A DNA stretch of 51,229 nt from an uncultured Oscillospiraceae bacterium (GTDB taxonomy: Bacteria; Bacillota; Clostridia; Christensenellales; CAG-314). Position 1 is the stretch's first letter. Each line of letters opens with the position of its first letter. This document shows positions 39,529 through 49,498 of the stretch, piece by piece. Location of the stretch: positions 1 through 51,229 of the forward strand of contig CAYOKR010000002.1 of assembly GCA_964404625.1 (NCBI GenBank). The letters are read 5' to 3'. The notes beneath the pieces were generated by a model. The model was not told where the DNA came from. It saw only the letters and a list, made by a program, of their open reading frames with translations, and ran no database searches. The translations under genes were made by a program, and so were the position numbers.

Positions 39529-39880
39529 CTTGTCCGCTTCGATCTGGTAAAGATTTGGAAATATCCATTGCCAACTGCAATGTCGAAATCAGCCGCTCGA
39601 ACGCCTCCATTTCCGTATCGAAATAGTAGTAATTTTTTGTTCCTTCTTTGCGGACTTTTACAATTCCGGAGTCTTTCATTATTTGCAAATGGTGAGATAC
39701 TGCCGGACGAGATAAATTTGTTCTTTGGGCAATCTCGCAAACCCTAACGCCGCTACAATTACCCATCTTCATCATTTCGAGAATAAGATGTAACCTTGTT
39801 TCATCGCCAATAGCAGTCAGTATTTTAGAGCAGGATGCAAAATTATCTGCCAAAACAGAAACTTTTTTGTGTATCTCCAT
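39521..39880 (-). CDS. ArsR/SmtB family transcriptional repressor
   Basis: AIGDETRLHL..LSRPAVSHHLQIMKDSGIV..RKEGTKNYY. Confidence 0.9.
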   Translation of the reverse strand: MEIHKKVSVLADNFASCSKILTAIGDETRLHLILEMMKMGNCSGVRVCEIAQRTNLSRPAVSHHLQIMKDSGIVKVRKEGTKNYYYFDTEMEAFERLISTLQLAMDISKSLPDRSGQDE

Positions 39881-39893
39881 AAACATTCCTCAC

Positions 39894-39917
39894 TTTGGTT
39901 TAAACACTTAAACCAAA
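39894..39917. promoter_or_regulatory. Putative ArsR operator
   Basis: Perfect inverted repeat TTTGGTTTAA-ACAC-TTAAACCAAA between the extended -10 (TGATACAAT) and the RBS of arsR. Confidence 0.7.
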
Positions 39918-40057
39918 AATATTGTATCACACTTTTCGTCAATTTGTTTATTCGTAAAGAAAATCAAGTTCAATAAAGAAGACCAAGTCGCCGCCCGTTA
40001 TGGCAATTACTTGGTCTAATGGCGTTTTTTCCTACTATCCTACTCAATACAACATTC

Positions 40058-40903
40058 TTAAGAATCGATGCACGTTTCCTCTTTGCACGATTCTTTCGAC
40101 ATTACAGAAATTTGTTCGTGGGTGTAGGGGTGGATAAATTCGAGTTTTACGCAGTGTAATTGCACGTTGCCCGTTGTTTTCGCACCGTACACGGTATCGC
40201 CTACAATGGGATGCCCTATTGCCGAAAGGTGTGCACGCAGTTGATGTGTTCTTCCCGTACCAAGAGCAAGTCGAACAAGAGTGGTATCGTTATCGTGGCC
40301 AATCGCCGTGTAAAAAGTTAGTGCGTTTTTGCCATTTTCGTCCACTACCGTTTTGTCGTTTTGGCGAGATAATGCAAAATCTATTTTACCACTGCCACTT
40401 AAAATGCCTTCAACTTTGGCAACGTAGGTCTTTTCAATTTGATGACGAAGTTGCATTTCGTTTAGTTTTTGCGCCGTTATTTCGTCCAAGGCACCAAGCA
40501 CAAGTCCGTCGGTGGTTTTATCCAGTCGAGTGATAACGTGCAGTTGAAAATCCGTTCCAAAGGCGGTTGCCAACATGTTACCAAAAGTTTCTTCGTGATG
40601 TTTCAAATCGGGATGTATCGCCACTCCATAGGGTTTATATGCTACGTACAAACAGTCGTCCGCATACAAAATTTTTGCAGGCTGTTGTGCAAAAGTTGGC
40701 GTTTGCAACCTTTGGTTTGTAACAAATTCCATATTATCGCCCGGTTGCATAACGTAACGCACAGTGACGGGTTTACCGTTTGCCCAGATATGTCCGTAAT
40801 ACTTGAACCGTTTTATTTCCGTAGTGGAAAGATTTTGTTCTTCAAAATATTGTTTGATTGTTTTGCCCGCCGTGGCACTATCTACAACAAAAGTAATTTT
40901 CAT
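40058..40903 (-). CDS. RluA family pseudouridine synthase (leaderless)
   Basis: KPYGVAIHP, RLDKTTDG catalytic Asp, GRTHQLRAH, PIVGDTVYG; TTGCAA-17-TAAAAT 6 nt upstream of the ATG. Confidence 0.9.
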   Translation of the reverse strand: MKITFVVDSATAGKTIKQYFEEQNLSTTEIKRFKYYGHIWANGKPVTVRYVMQPGDNMEFVTNQRLQTPTFAQQPAKILYADDCLYVAYKPYGVAIHPDLKHHEETFGNMLATAFGTDFQLHVITRLDKTTDGLVLGALDEITAQKLNEMQLRHQIEKTYVAKVEGILSGSGKIDFALSRQNDKTVVDENGKNALTFYTAIGHDNDTTLVRLALGTGRTHQLRAHLSAIGHPIVGDTVYGAKTTGNVQLHCVKLEFIHPYTHEQISVMSKESCKEETCIDS

Positions 40904-41241
40904 GATGCAATTTTACCACATTTGTATACAGTTTGCAAACTACATTTTTTGATAAATCTAACCAAACGTAAAAACAATTTGTAAAATTCCATTACAGCCA
41001 CAAAAACTTCCGCAGTGCGCACCAAACATCACGATAGAAGCATTTCCCAAACACAAAAAACATACAATCAACGTAACGTAAAATTGATTTTTTGAGTTTT
41101 GCGTTACGTTGTTCAATCAAAAGCGAAATGCAAGTACAATTTTTACGCATAACAATCTTTTTATTGACAAATTCGCACCATAGTAGTACAATAGATATCG
41201 TTCTTTTTGAGGACGAAAAATGCGATTTGGAGAATACTACA

Positions 41242-41778
41242 ATGGATTTTTTCAAACTTAACATAAAAGGTTACGATGCAGAACTACCCATACTGCCACT
41301 TCCCAGCGGTGTTAAAATTGCGTTTTTTAACCTACATGGCAACGTAAAAATGACGGAGCATTGCGGTAAAGAACTTGCCAAACTTGTTGCCGATTGCGAC
41401 GTGTTGCTAACTGCCGAAAGCAAAGGTTTGCAACTTACACACGTTATCGCACGCGAACTCGGTCACGACTACTACGCCGTTGCGCGCAAATCTCAAAAAT
41501 TATACATGCAAGACGGTCTTGACGTTACAATCAACTCCAGTATCACCACCGGACAAGTTCAACACTTGTATCTTTCCAAGCACGATGCCGACCTTTTGAA
41601 AGGCAAAAAAGTGGGAATTATCGACGACGTTGTTTCCACAGGCAATAGCCTTGTTGGATTGGAAGAAATTGTAAAACTTGCAGGCGGTATCATCCACAAA
41701 AAAGCATTTGTACTTGCCGAAGGCGACGCTGCAAAACGCGACGACATTTCTTACTTGGGCGTTATCCCCCTTTTGTAA
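41242..41778 (+). CDS. Purine phosphoribosyltransferase (Apt/Xpt-like)
   Basis: TAESKG, VARK, IIDDVVSTGNS PRPP-binding loop; TTGACA-17-TACAAT promoter at 41165-41193. Confidence 0.85.
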   Translation: MDFFKLNIKGYDAELPILPLPSGVKIAFFNLHGNVKMTEHCGKELAKLVADCDVLLTAESKGLQLTHVIARELGHDYYAVARKSQKLYMQDGLDVTINSSITTGQVQHLYLSKHDADLLKGKKVGIIDDVVSTGNSLVGLEEIVKLAGGIIHKKAFVLAEGDAAKRDDISYLGVIPLL

Positions 41779-42021
41779 AACACATAGATATTTGCAATCC
41801 AAGCAACAAAAATTGCAAATCGAGATTTTTTGCTCGTTTATGAACGTTAATTTGTGCAAAACGTAATCCACAACGCACAACTTGCGTCCGTTATTGCAAA
41901 AACTTTGACAACGCTACCATAATCACAAATTACATTAGGCAACGAGATTTCGTTGCCTTTTTTGTTTGTTTTGTTGCAAAACGCAGTTTACTGTGGTAAA
42001 CTTAACAAAAGAGGTGTTACA

Positions 42022-43581
42022 ATGACTTGCTATCAACTTTTGTGCGAGCGTGCAAATCGCAACGGCGACGTAGTGTTTTTTGGACACAAAACAAAAATTA
42101 AAGATTTTTTGAAGGACGTGGATATGTTTGCAAGCGGATTGCAATCTATAGGGCTTGCAAAAGGTGACGTCGTTACCGTTTATCTACCCACCTGTCCGCA
42201 AAGTTTGGTGGCTTTTTACGCATGTTCTAAACTTGGAATGATTGCCAACATCGTTCACCCGGTAACGCCTATCGACCAACTTGAGGAGAATTTGCAAAAA
42301 ACTCAATCCAAAGCGTTGCTTTTTTACGATGCATTGATAAAGGACGAACGCAAACTTGCAAATCTTGGACAAATGCTTGTGCGCTGTTCCATTGCCGACT
42401 ACGTTGTTTGGCGCAAACCACTGTTTGCAACCTACTCCGCACTTACGTCAAAGCGAATATTCGGTGTTTTTACGTACAAACAAATGCTTGTTGGCGGATT
42501 GACGGAAACGCAAACGGACGACGATGCTATCGTGTGCTACATGCATAGCGGTGGCACCACCGGTACAGCAAAAATTGTAAAATTGACCAATCGTGCACTA
42601 AACGGTACTGCAGATAGCATCGAAAAGATGTATCACCCTACCGAAACCATCGATTGCTACTCGCTTGTGACCTTGCCGGTGTTCCATGCATACGGACTTT
42701 GCGCAGGAGTGCACACGCCGTTGCTACTTGGATATTCGGTGATACTTGTTCCGCGATTCGATTGCAAAATAGTAAGCAGATATATCAAAAAACACAACGT
42801 TACGTTGTGGTCGGTTGTTCCTGCGATGCTCAAAAAGATGCAACGAAAAAACCTTTTAGACAAACCATATCTAAAGAAATTGGACGTTATTTGGTGCGGT
42901 GGAGACTTTTTGGAAGAAAGTTTAGTGGAAGAGGTGGACTGCATCCTTGCAAAAAACGGTAGCACAGGCAAATTGATGCGTGGCTACGGTTTGACGGAAA
43001 CTTGCGGAGTATGTACAGTAAATAACTACGATTTTTACGAAAAAGGCAGTTGCGGACGTCCCATGCCGGGATGCTCTGTAAAAATTGTCGACGAAAACGG
43101 CAACACGTTACCTGCCAACCAAAAAGGTGAAATAATATTGTACTGCCCCGGGGTAACAAGCGGATATTTGGACAACACAAATTGTTTAACGCCCGATGGC
43201 GGTGTGCAAACCGGGGATATCGGCTACTTGGACAACCAAGGCTTTTTGTACGTAGTAGATCGCAAAAAACGTTCCATAAAAATTTCCGCAGTGAACGTTT
43301 TTCCTGCCGAAGTGGAAGAATGTATAAAACAACTGCCGTTTGTTGCCGATTGTTGCGTTGTTCCATATAAAATTGACGGAAAACCCTACTTGAAAGCATT
43401 TGTTACGTTGCACAAAAACGACCTTCCGCAAAATGTCGAACGTGCCGTGATTGACCATTGCAAAGCAAAACTTATTAGATATTCGGTACCTAACGCCGTA
43501 CAAGTGTTAGACAAAATGCCACTCACTAATCTTGCCAAGATAGACTACGTTGCTTTGCAAAAGTTAGCGGAAGAAAAATAA
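42022..43581 (+). CDS. AMP-dependent acyl-CoA synthetase
   Basis: HSGGTTGTAK P-loop, LPVFHAYG, GYGLTE, TGDIG, terminal LAKID. Confidence 0.88.
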   Translation: MTCYQLLCERANRNGDVVFFGHKTKIKDFLKDVDMFASGLQSIGLAKGDVVTVYLPTCPQSLVAFYACSKLGMIANIVHPVTPIDQLEENLQKTQSKALLFYDALIKDERKLANLGQMLVRCSIADYVVWRKPLFATYSALTSKRIFGVFTYKQMLVGGLTETQTDDDAIVCYMHSGGTTGTAKIVKLTNRALNGTADSIEKMYHPTETIDCYSLVTLPVFHAYGLCAGVHTPLLLGYSVILVPRFDCKIVSRYIKKHNVTLWSVVPAMLKKMQRKNLLDKPYLKKLDVIWCGGDFLEESLVEEVDCILAKNGSTGKLMRGYGLTETCGVCTVNNYDFYEKGSCGRPMPGCSVKIVDENGNTLPANQKGEIILYCPGVTSGYLDNTNCLTPDGGVQTGDIGYLDNQGFLYVVDRKKRSIKISAVNVFPAEVEECIKQLPFVADCCVVPYKIDGKPYLKAFVTLHKNDLPQNVERAVIDHCKAKLIRYSVPNAVQVLDKMPLTNLAKIDYVALQKLAEEK

Positions 43582-43889
43582 CGAAATGGCAACTTGATTT
43601 GACTAATTTTAACGATAAATGCTTGCGCCAGTCAAATAGATTGCAATGCACACAATTTATCATAATTTAATGTTGAAACCGATAACTCCTAAACAATGAA
43701 ATTGCGTAATAAAAACGTTAAAATATTCTAAAATTTGACCAAAAAGTCTGGGAATTATCGGCTCATTGTTTTCGCAACGTATAAATTCAATTTTGTTGTA
43801 TCATAGGCAAATCTACAAGCCAAATGCAATATTTGTTAAATTTGACGCAAATTATTTTTGTTAAACATAAAACACATAATTCATCACAT

Positions 43890-43931
43890 AAAAAACGACG
43901 TATTTTGGAAAATCCAAAACACGTCGTTTTA
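43890..43931. terminator. Bidirectional terminator
   Basis: AAAAAACGACGT.TTTTGG-AAAAT-CCAAAA.ACGTCGTTTT between convergent genes. Confidence 0.8.
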
Positions 43932-43953
43932 TTTTAGGCATTAAAATTGCGTA

Positions 43954-45435
43954 TTACATCGAAACCAATGCAAAACGGGCAACAAATAGCACTGCGATAA
44001 TAGTGATTACAATATCTTTTTTAGTGTATTTGCCTGTGAGTAAAGTGATAAGCACGTACGCTATCGCACCAACGCCTATTCCGTTGGAAATGGAGTAGGT
44101 CAACGGCATCATTATAAGCGCAAGAAAAGCAGGCACGGCACTTCTAAGGTCACTCATATCGACGTTTGCAAAACTCTTTAACATAAGTACGCCAACGTAG
44201 ATAAGTGCAGGAGCGGTAGCAACGGCAGGGACGATACTTGCCAACGGACTAAGGAACAAGCAAAGAGTAAAGCAAATTGCAGTTACAAGGCTTGTAAGAC
44301 CGGTTCTTCCGCCTTCGGCAACACCACTTGCCGATTCCACAAAAGTCGTAATGGTGCTCGTTCCCAAGCAAGCGCCGGCAACAGTACCGATAGAATCGCA
44401 CATCAAACATTGCGAAAGGCGTTCGGGGTTGCCGTTTTCGTCCAGCATGTTAGCCTGCGAACAAGTTCCGTACAGCGTTCCCAACGTGTCGAACATATCA
44501 ACAAGACAGAAGGTTACAACAAGCATAATAACGGTAAATATATTGCCGATAGTTTGTCCGTCGAACAGTGTTGCCCAACTTTCCGCTTTGAAAGCAGAAA
44601 ATCCGTACGTTGCAAAATCCGCAAAGGTTTGACCGATGTTTAGACCGTTCCACGATGGTGTTGTAAGAGTAAATACGTAGTACAAAATTGACGATACTAC
44701 AATACCAAGTATTACGCTTGCCTTTTTAAGAAACTTAACTTTGTTTTGTTGTGCGAATACGGCAATAGCAATAAAACCTAAAAATGCAGCCAAAACGGGT
44801 GCTGCACCACCGACAATTTCGCCATAATCGTTGCGAACAATCCAATGTGTACAATCGGCAAGTTGTACGAAAGTGTACGGATTTGACTGCACTATATAAC
44901 TGTTTTTAAATCCAAGCAATGCAATAAACAAACCGATTCCGGCGGGGATTGCTTTTTTCAAACAATCGGGCAATGCCGTTGCGATGTATTTTCTAAGTCC
45001 GGTGATGGACAAAATTAAAAAGATAATACCGGAAATAAGTATTACTACAAGTCCTGCACCGTAACGAGTGACCGCTTCTCCGCCCGTTGCCGAGCCGATA
45101 AAAACTACGTTAAAGAAACTGTTTAGTCCCATTCCGGCGGCTTGCGCAAAAGGCTTTTTAGCAAGAAACGCCATAAGCAACGTGCCTATTATTGCAGCAA
45201 TCAGTCCGCCCACATACACAGCATTCCAAATTCCGCTAAGTTCCGAATTGAATCCTGTTATTTGGTTGGGATTTACAATTACAATGTAGCACATTGCAAA
45301 GAAGGTTGTAAGTCCGGCAAAAATTTCCGTTCTTACATTGGTGCCGTTTTCGGATAACTTAAATACTTTGTTAAGCCATGCTCCGAGTCCTTTCTTTTGC
45401 GGTTGTTCGTTTTGAACCGCAACTGGTTCTGTCAT
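43954..45435 (-). CDS. NCS2 family (AzgA/PbuG-type) purine permease
   Basis: TEIFAGLTTF, DMFDTLGT, ESASGVAEGGRTGLT, PLTYSISNG. Confidence 0.9.
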   Translation of the reverse strand: MTEPVAVQNEQPQKKGLGAWLNKVFKLSENGTNVRTEIFAGLTTFFAMCYIVIVNPNQITGFNSELSGIWNAVYVGGLIAAIIGTLLMAFLAKKPFAQAAGMGLNSFFNVVFIGSATGGEAVTRYGAGLVVILISGIIFLILSITGLRKYIATALPDCLKKAIPAGIGLFIALLGFKNSYIVQSNPYTFVQLADCTHWIVRNDYGEIVGGAAPVLAAFLGFIAIAVFAQQNKVKFLKKASVILGIVVSSILYYVFTLTTPSWNGLNIGQTFADFATYGFSAFKAESWATLFDGQTIGNIFTVIMLVVTFCLVDMFDTLGTLYGTCSQANMLDENGNPERLSQCLMCDSIGTVAGACLGTSTITTFVESASGVAEGGRTGLTSLVTAICFTLCLFLSPLASIVPAVATAPALIYVGVLMLKSFANVDMSDLRSAVPAFLALIMMPLTYSISNGIGVGAIAYVLITLLTGKYTKKDIVITIIAVLFVARFALVSM

Positions 45436-45566
45436 GATAAAGACCTCCATGATATTATTTATATCAACCGACGGTAGCTTCTATGGCACTTCCGTCGGGT
45501 AATACCTAAAAAGGTTGGCATGTAGATAATATAGGTTGTAATTGTAGGTGTATTGTTATAATTAAC

Positions 45567-45604
45567 AAAAAAACGCGTCAAGCGGGCGTACCGCAAGGCG
45601 CGTT
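45567..45604 (-). terminator. Leader terminator (attenuator) upstream of the NCS2 permease
   Basis: Minus strand AACGCG-CCTT-GCGG-TACGC-CCGC-TTGA-CGCGTT followed by a T tract. Confidence 0.6.
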
Positions 45605-45670
45605 AAAATACTTTTGAGTTTGCAAAAGTGTTATCGAATGTGATATTTTGACTGTTGACGATAAAACCAT
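45578..45670 (-). CDS. Putative 30-aa leader peptide MVLSSTVKISHSITLLQTQKYFNAPCGTPA
   Basis: AAGGAG SD 11 nt upstream; stop codon lies inside the terminator hairpin; promoter TTGCTT-17-TATTAT ~70 nt upstream. Confidence 0.45.
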   Translation of the reverse strand: MVLSSTVKISHSITLLQTQKYFNAPCGTPA

Positions 45671-46165
45671 AGTGTCGAAGTCTCCTTTTTTGTTTAACAC
45701 AAACAATAATTTGTAGTCGCAACAAAAAAATATGCTTCTATAATACAGGTTTACGCAAAATAAAGCAAGCGATTTGGCACGGTTTTCTTTTATATTTTTT
45801 ATTGATAAAACTCACAAAACGCACAAAAAATGAGATAGCCCTACAATGATTAAACTAATCTCACAATCAAAAGTACGCAAACATATCGCTTAAAAATATC
45901 GAGTGCTTATGGTTCAAATACCACAAATAATACGCCATTACTTTTATACTTAAAGAATCGACCACACAAAACGATATTATTCTAACAATATCAAATGACG
46001 TTATTCTAAAATCGGCAATGGCATTTGCGCGTAACTTTTTTACATTCTAACGATATCAATAGCATTATTCTAATAATATCGAATTTTTTGAGCACATTTC
46101 ACTGTTTACATTAAAAAAATTTTGTGGTACAATAAGGGTAATATTACAAAGGAATGGTATGCACA

Positions 46166-47911
46166 ATGGCACTTAAACAACTTACAACGCCGTGGAGCGA
46201 AACCGTAACGGAAAAACCTTGGCAAGAATACCCACGTCCACAATTTGTGCGCAAAAGTTACATAAACTTGAACGGTCTGTGGGACTACGCCATAACCAAA
46301 AACGAGTATTTTCCGTCAAATTACCATGGAAAAATTTTGGTACCCTTTTCACCGGAAAGTGCATTGTCCGGAGTAAATCGTCAACTAAAGCCCGACGAAT
46401 ATTTGTTTTATCGCCGCACTTTTACATTAACAAAGTCCTTTGTAAAAGATATTGTTTTGCTAAACTTTGGTGCAGTAGATTGTATCTGCGATGTGTTTGT
46501 TAACGGCAAAAACGTTTGTCATCACATAGGTGGTTACAACAGTTTTAGTGCGGATATTACTTCCGCGCTTGCCAACGGTGAAAACGTGTTGATTGTGCGC
46601 GTACAAGATTTTACCGATACATGCTATCACACCAACGGAAAGCAATCTTCTCACCGCAAAGGTATGTGGTATACTCCGCAAAGCGGAATTTGGCAAACGG
46701 TATGGATGGAAAGTGTACCGCGTGAATACATCCAAAGCGTAAAAATCATTCCCGACTACGACAATGCCCGTGTGGAGATTTTGCCAAACTGTTCTACCTT
46801 GGAAAGCGTGACTTGTGTTGTTTTGGATGGTGAAACGGAAATTGCCAAGGCAGACGGCAAAGAAAAAATTGTGGTACAGCTGCCAAACGACTTCAAAAGT
46901 TGGTCGCCCGATAACCCGTTTTTGTACAATCTTAAACTTATAACTCGTAGAGACGAAGTTATGTGCTATTTTGGTATGCGCAAATTCGGTTATCAGCGTT
47001 TTGGCAAATACATGCGTCTAACGTTAAACAACCAACCTGTTTTCCACAACGGATTGTTAGATCAAGGGTATTGGCCGGACGGGTTGTATACAGCACCGAG
47101 TGACCAAGCGTTGATTTTTGACATCCAAAGGATGAAAGACCTTGGATTCAATATGCTGCGCAAGCATATCAAAGTGGAACCCATGCGCTGGTACTACCAC
47201 TGCGACAGACTGGGTATGCTTGTTTGGCAAGATATGCCCAGCGGCGGCACAAAGCAACACAAATGGCTAACTTTGGTTGTACCAAACGTTGGCATCGACA
47301 AAATCAGCGACAAAAATCATGCGTTGTTTTCGCGCAAGTCGGAGCAAAGCCGTGAACAATATTGGACAGAATACAAACAAATGCTCAACCAACTGTACAA
47401 CTGCGTTAGCATAGCAATGTGGGTACCCTTTAACGAAGGATGGGGACAATTCGATGCAAATCAGGTTGCACAATGGACACAACAATTTGACCAAACTCGC
47501 ACTGTAGATCATGCAAGCGGATGGCACGACCAAGGTGGCGGAGATATCAAAAGCATGCACGTCTACCTAAAACCGGTACGTATCAAACGTGACAAAAACC
47601 GCGTTGTATGTTTAACCGAATACGGCGGTTACGTCTACAAAGATATGAAACACAGTTTCAACCCCGACCACACCTACAGTTACAAAACGTTCGATACGCA
47701 AGAAAAATTTAACAACGGACTCAAAAAATTGTTCCGTCGCGACGTTATAAAACTTATACCAAAGGGGCTTTCCGCAGCGGTATACACGCAAGTTAGCGAC
47801 GTGGAAGACGAAGTAAACGGCATTTACACCTACGACCGACAGGTGCTAAAGGTGGACGAAGAAATGCTAAAAGATATCAACAACCAAATTGCCCAAATAA
47901 AACTTGACTAA
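46166..47911 (+). CDS. Glycoside hydrolase family 2 (beta-galactosidase/glucuronidase-like)
   Basis: EYPRPQ, NLNGLW, LDQGYWPDGLYT, RKHIKVE, WVPFNEGWGQ acid/base, LTEYGG nucleophile; start may be 46154. Confidence 0.9.
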   Translation: MALKQLTTPWSETVTEKPWQEYPRPQFVRKSYINLNGLWDYAITKNEYFPSNYHGKILVPFSPESALSGVNRQLKPDEYLFYRRTFTLTKSFVKDIVLLNFGAVDCICDVFVNGKNVCHHIGGYNSFSADITSALANGENVLIVRVQDFTDTCYHTNGKQSSHRKGMWYTPQSGIWQTVWMESVPREYIQSVKIIPDYDNARVEILPNCSTLESVTCVVLDGETEIAKADGKEKIVVQLPNDFKSWSPDNPFLYNLKLITRRDEVMCYFGMRKFGYQRFGKYMRLTLNNQPVFHNGLLDQGYWPDGLYTAPSDQALIFDIQRMKDLGFNMLRKHIKVEPMRWYYHCDRLGMLVWQDMPSGGTKQHKWLTLVVPNVGIDKISDKNHALFSRKSEQSREQYWTEYKQMLNQLYNCVSIAMWVPFNEGWGQFDANQVAQWTQQFDQTRTVDHASGWHDQGGGDIKSMHVYLKPVRIKRDKNRVVCLTEYGGYVYKDMKHSFNPDHTYSYKTFDTQEKFNNGLKKLFRRDVIKLIPKGLSAAVYTQVSDVEDEVNGIYTYDRQVLKVDEEMLKDINNQIAQIKLD

Positions 47912-47914
47912 TCA

Positions 47915-48376
47915 ATGATTTTTACAATGACAGAACAAGAAAAATTTATGAATATTGCCATCGAACAGGCAAAAATTTCCGCCTCGCAAGACGAGGTGCC
48001 CATTGGCGCAATCGTTGTTAAAAACGGAGAAGTAATTTCCGTTGCCCACAACACACGCAACGCGTCAAAAAATGCAGTGGAACATGCCGAAGTTGTTGCA
48101 ATTTCCAAAGCGTGCCAAGTGCTTGGAGATTGGCGACTTACAGGGTGTTCGCTGTACGTAACGTTGGAACCGTGCGTGATGTGTCTTGGGGCGTGCTACA
48201 ACGCTCGAATTTCCAATTTGTATTTTGGCGCATTTGACGTTAGCGGAGCAGGATGTATCCACCTTGCGGAGCATATCGGCAACACACTAAACCACCACTT
48301 AAACATACGTGGCGGAATTTGCAACCAACAATGCTCGCAAATACTAACCGACTATTTCCAATCCAAACGTGCCTAA
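47915..48376 (+). CDS. tadA: tRNA adenosine deaminase TadA-like
   Basis: DEVPIGA, HAE, WRL, VTLEPCVMC, NHH. Confidence 0.85.
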   Translation: MIFTMTEQEKFMNIAIEQAKISASQDEVPIGAIVVKNGEVISVAHNTRNASKNAVEHAEVVAISKACQVLGDWRLTGCSLYVTLEPCVMCLGACYNARISNLYFGAFDVSGAGCIHLAEHIGNTLNHHLNIRGGICNQQCSQILTDYFQSKRA

Positions 48377-48760
48377 CCTACAAACATGCAAAACTTGACT
48401 GTTAAACTGTCTCTTTTTGTATGCGTATTGGCAGTTTGCTACACATTACGTTGTTTTTGCGTTGCAATTTCTATTTTTGTATGCTTAAACATCGACAATT
48501 ATTGCATTATGTTTGAACGTCAACGTTTTACTTTGTCGATTTAGCATCAGCACCGAGCTTTTATTGTTTTGACGTTATGATTGTAGTTGACAAAAAACAT
48601 TGTATTGTGGTATATATAACTAAGAAATCGTTCTTTAATATTGTTGTCAAAATAATTAGGAAACAGTTTTTCAATTAGAAAAACATCATGAAAACTGACA
48701 TTTTGGTTGCAAGAGTATCATTTTGCCAAAGTTTGTAAATACTATTTAAAGAGGTGTATT

Positions 48761-49498
48761 ATGAGAAAAATTGCAGAAAAAGTTGCACTGGTGGCACAAA
48801 TTTGCGTAGCAGTTGTGTTTGTTATCGTAGCAATGTTGTACGCATTGGGAATTGTTCCGCAAGTCGAACTGCAAAACAATGCCGTTGTAGCTGTCGTGAT
48901 GATTGTTTTAGCTGTTATTTTTGTAGGAACATCCGTTTATATTTTGTATATGAACTTTTCCGAATTGCAAAACATCAAGCGTGTACTTCTTTATGCCGAT
49001 AGCAAATGTGCAACCACGGCAAGCTTAAAGGTGGTAAACAAAATTGCCCGTGGCTGTGCAGACAAAATCGACGGAGTACACATCAAGAAAACAAAAATTC
49101 GTGCCGACGAGAAAAAAGGATACGTTGCAACGTTTTACGTGCAGGTATCGGCAGGATCAGTAACACCTGTGTTAGACCAACTACGCTGTTTAATTGAAGA
49201 TAGCTTTAAAGATGCGTTAGGACTTGTGTTCAACACCATCGCTTTTGAGATTATAAAGCTAACAAATCAACATAACACAAACGTAGACCAAGCAAAAAAA
49301 CGTGCGCAAACCATTACCGAAAGTACCGACCAAGTGCAAGATGATTGCGAAAACCCCACCGTCGAACCTGCCGAAGAACAAACAGACCTTGACCAAGTCG
49401 CAACAGACGAAACTGCAGTTACCACGGCAAGCGACATCACGGAAGAACAAACCGACACCTCTGCAACGAGTGAAGAAAAAGAGCCCGTCAATGCATAA
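48761..49498 (+). CDS. Membrane protein, AmaP (alkaline shock response anchor)-like, acidic tail
   Basis: Two N-terminal TM helices, an Asp23-like alpha/beta segment and a low-complexity acidic C-terminus. Confidence 0.5.
   Translation: MRKIAEKVALVAQICVAVVFVIVAMLYALGIVPQVELQNNAVVAVVMIVLAVIFVGTSVYILYMNFSELQNIKRVLLYADSKCATTASLKVVNKIARGCADKIDGVHIKKTKIRADEKKGYVATFYVQVSAGSVTPVLDQLRCLIEDSFKDALGLVFNTIAFEIIKLTNQHNTNVDQAKKRAQTITESTDQVQDDCENPTVEPAEEQTDLDQVATDETAVTTASDITEEQTDTSATSEEKEPVNA

Noticed and set aside
39980-40017. AGACCA as an attR copy of the tRNA-Pro 3' end
   Set aside because: Only 6 bp, and part of a hairpin that probably terminates rluA
43679-43760. Imperfect 12-bp inverted repeat (CCGATAA..TTATCGG) as MITE ends
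   Set aside because: Single occurrence, mismatched, and no target-site duplication seen
45690-45730. Purine riboswitch (GACTAC seen on the minus strand)
   Set aside because: Lacks the UAUAAU..GAUAUGG..GUUUCUACC..CCGUAAA core
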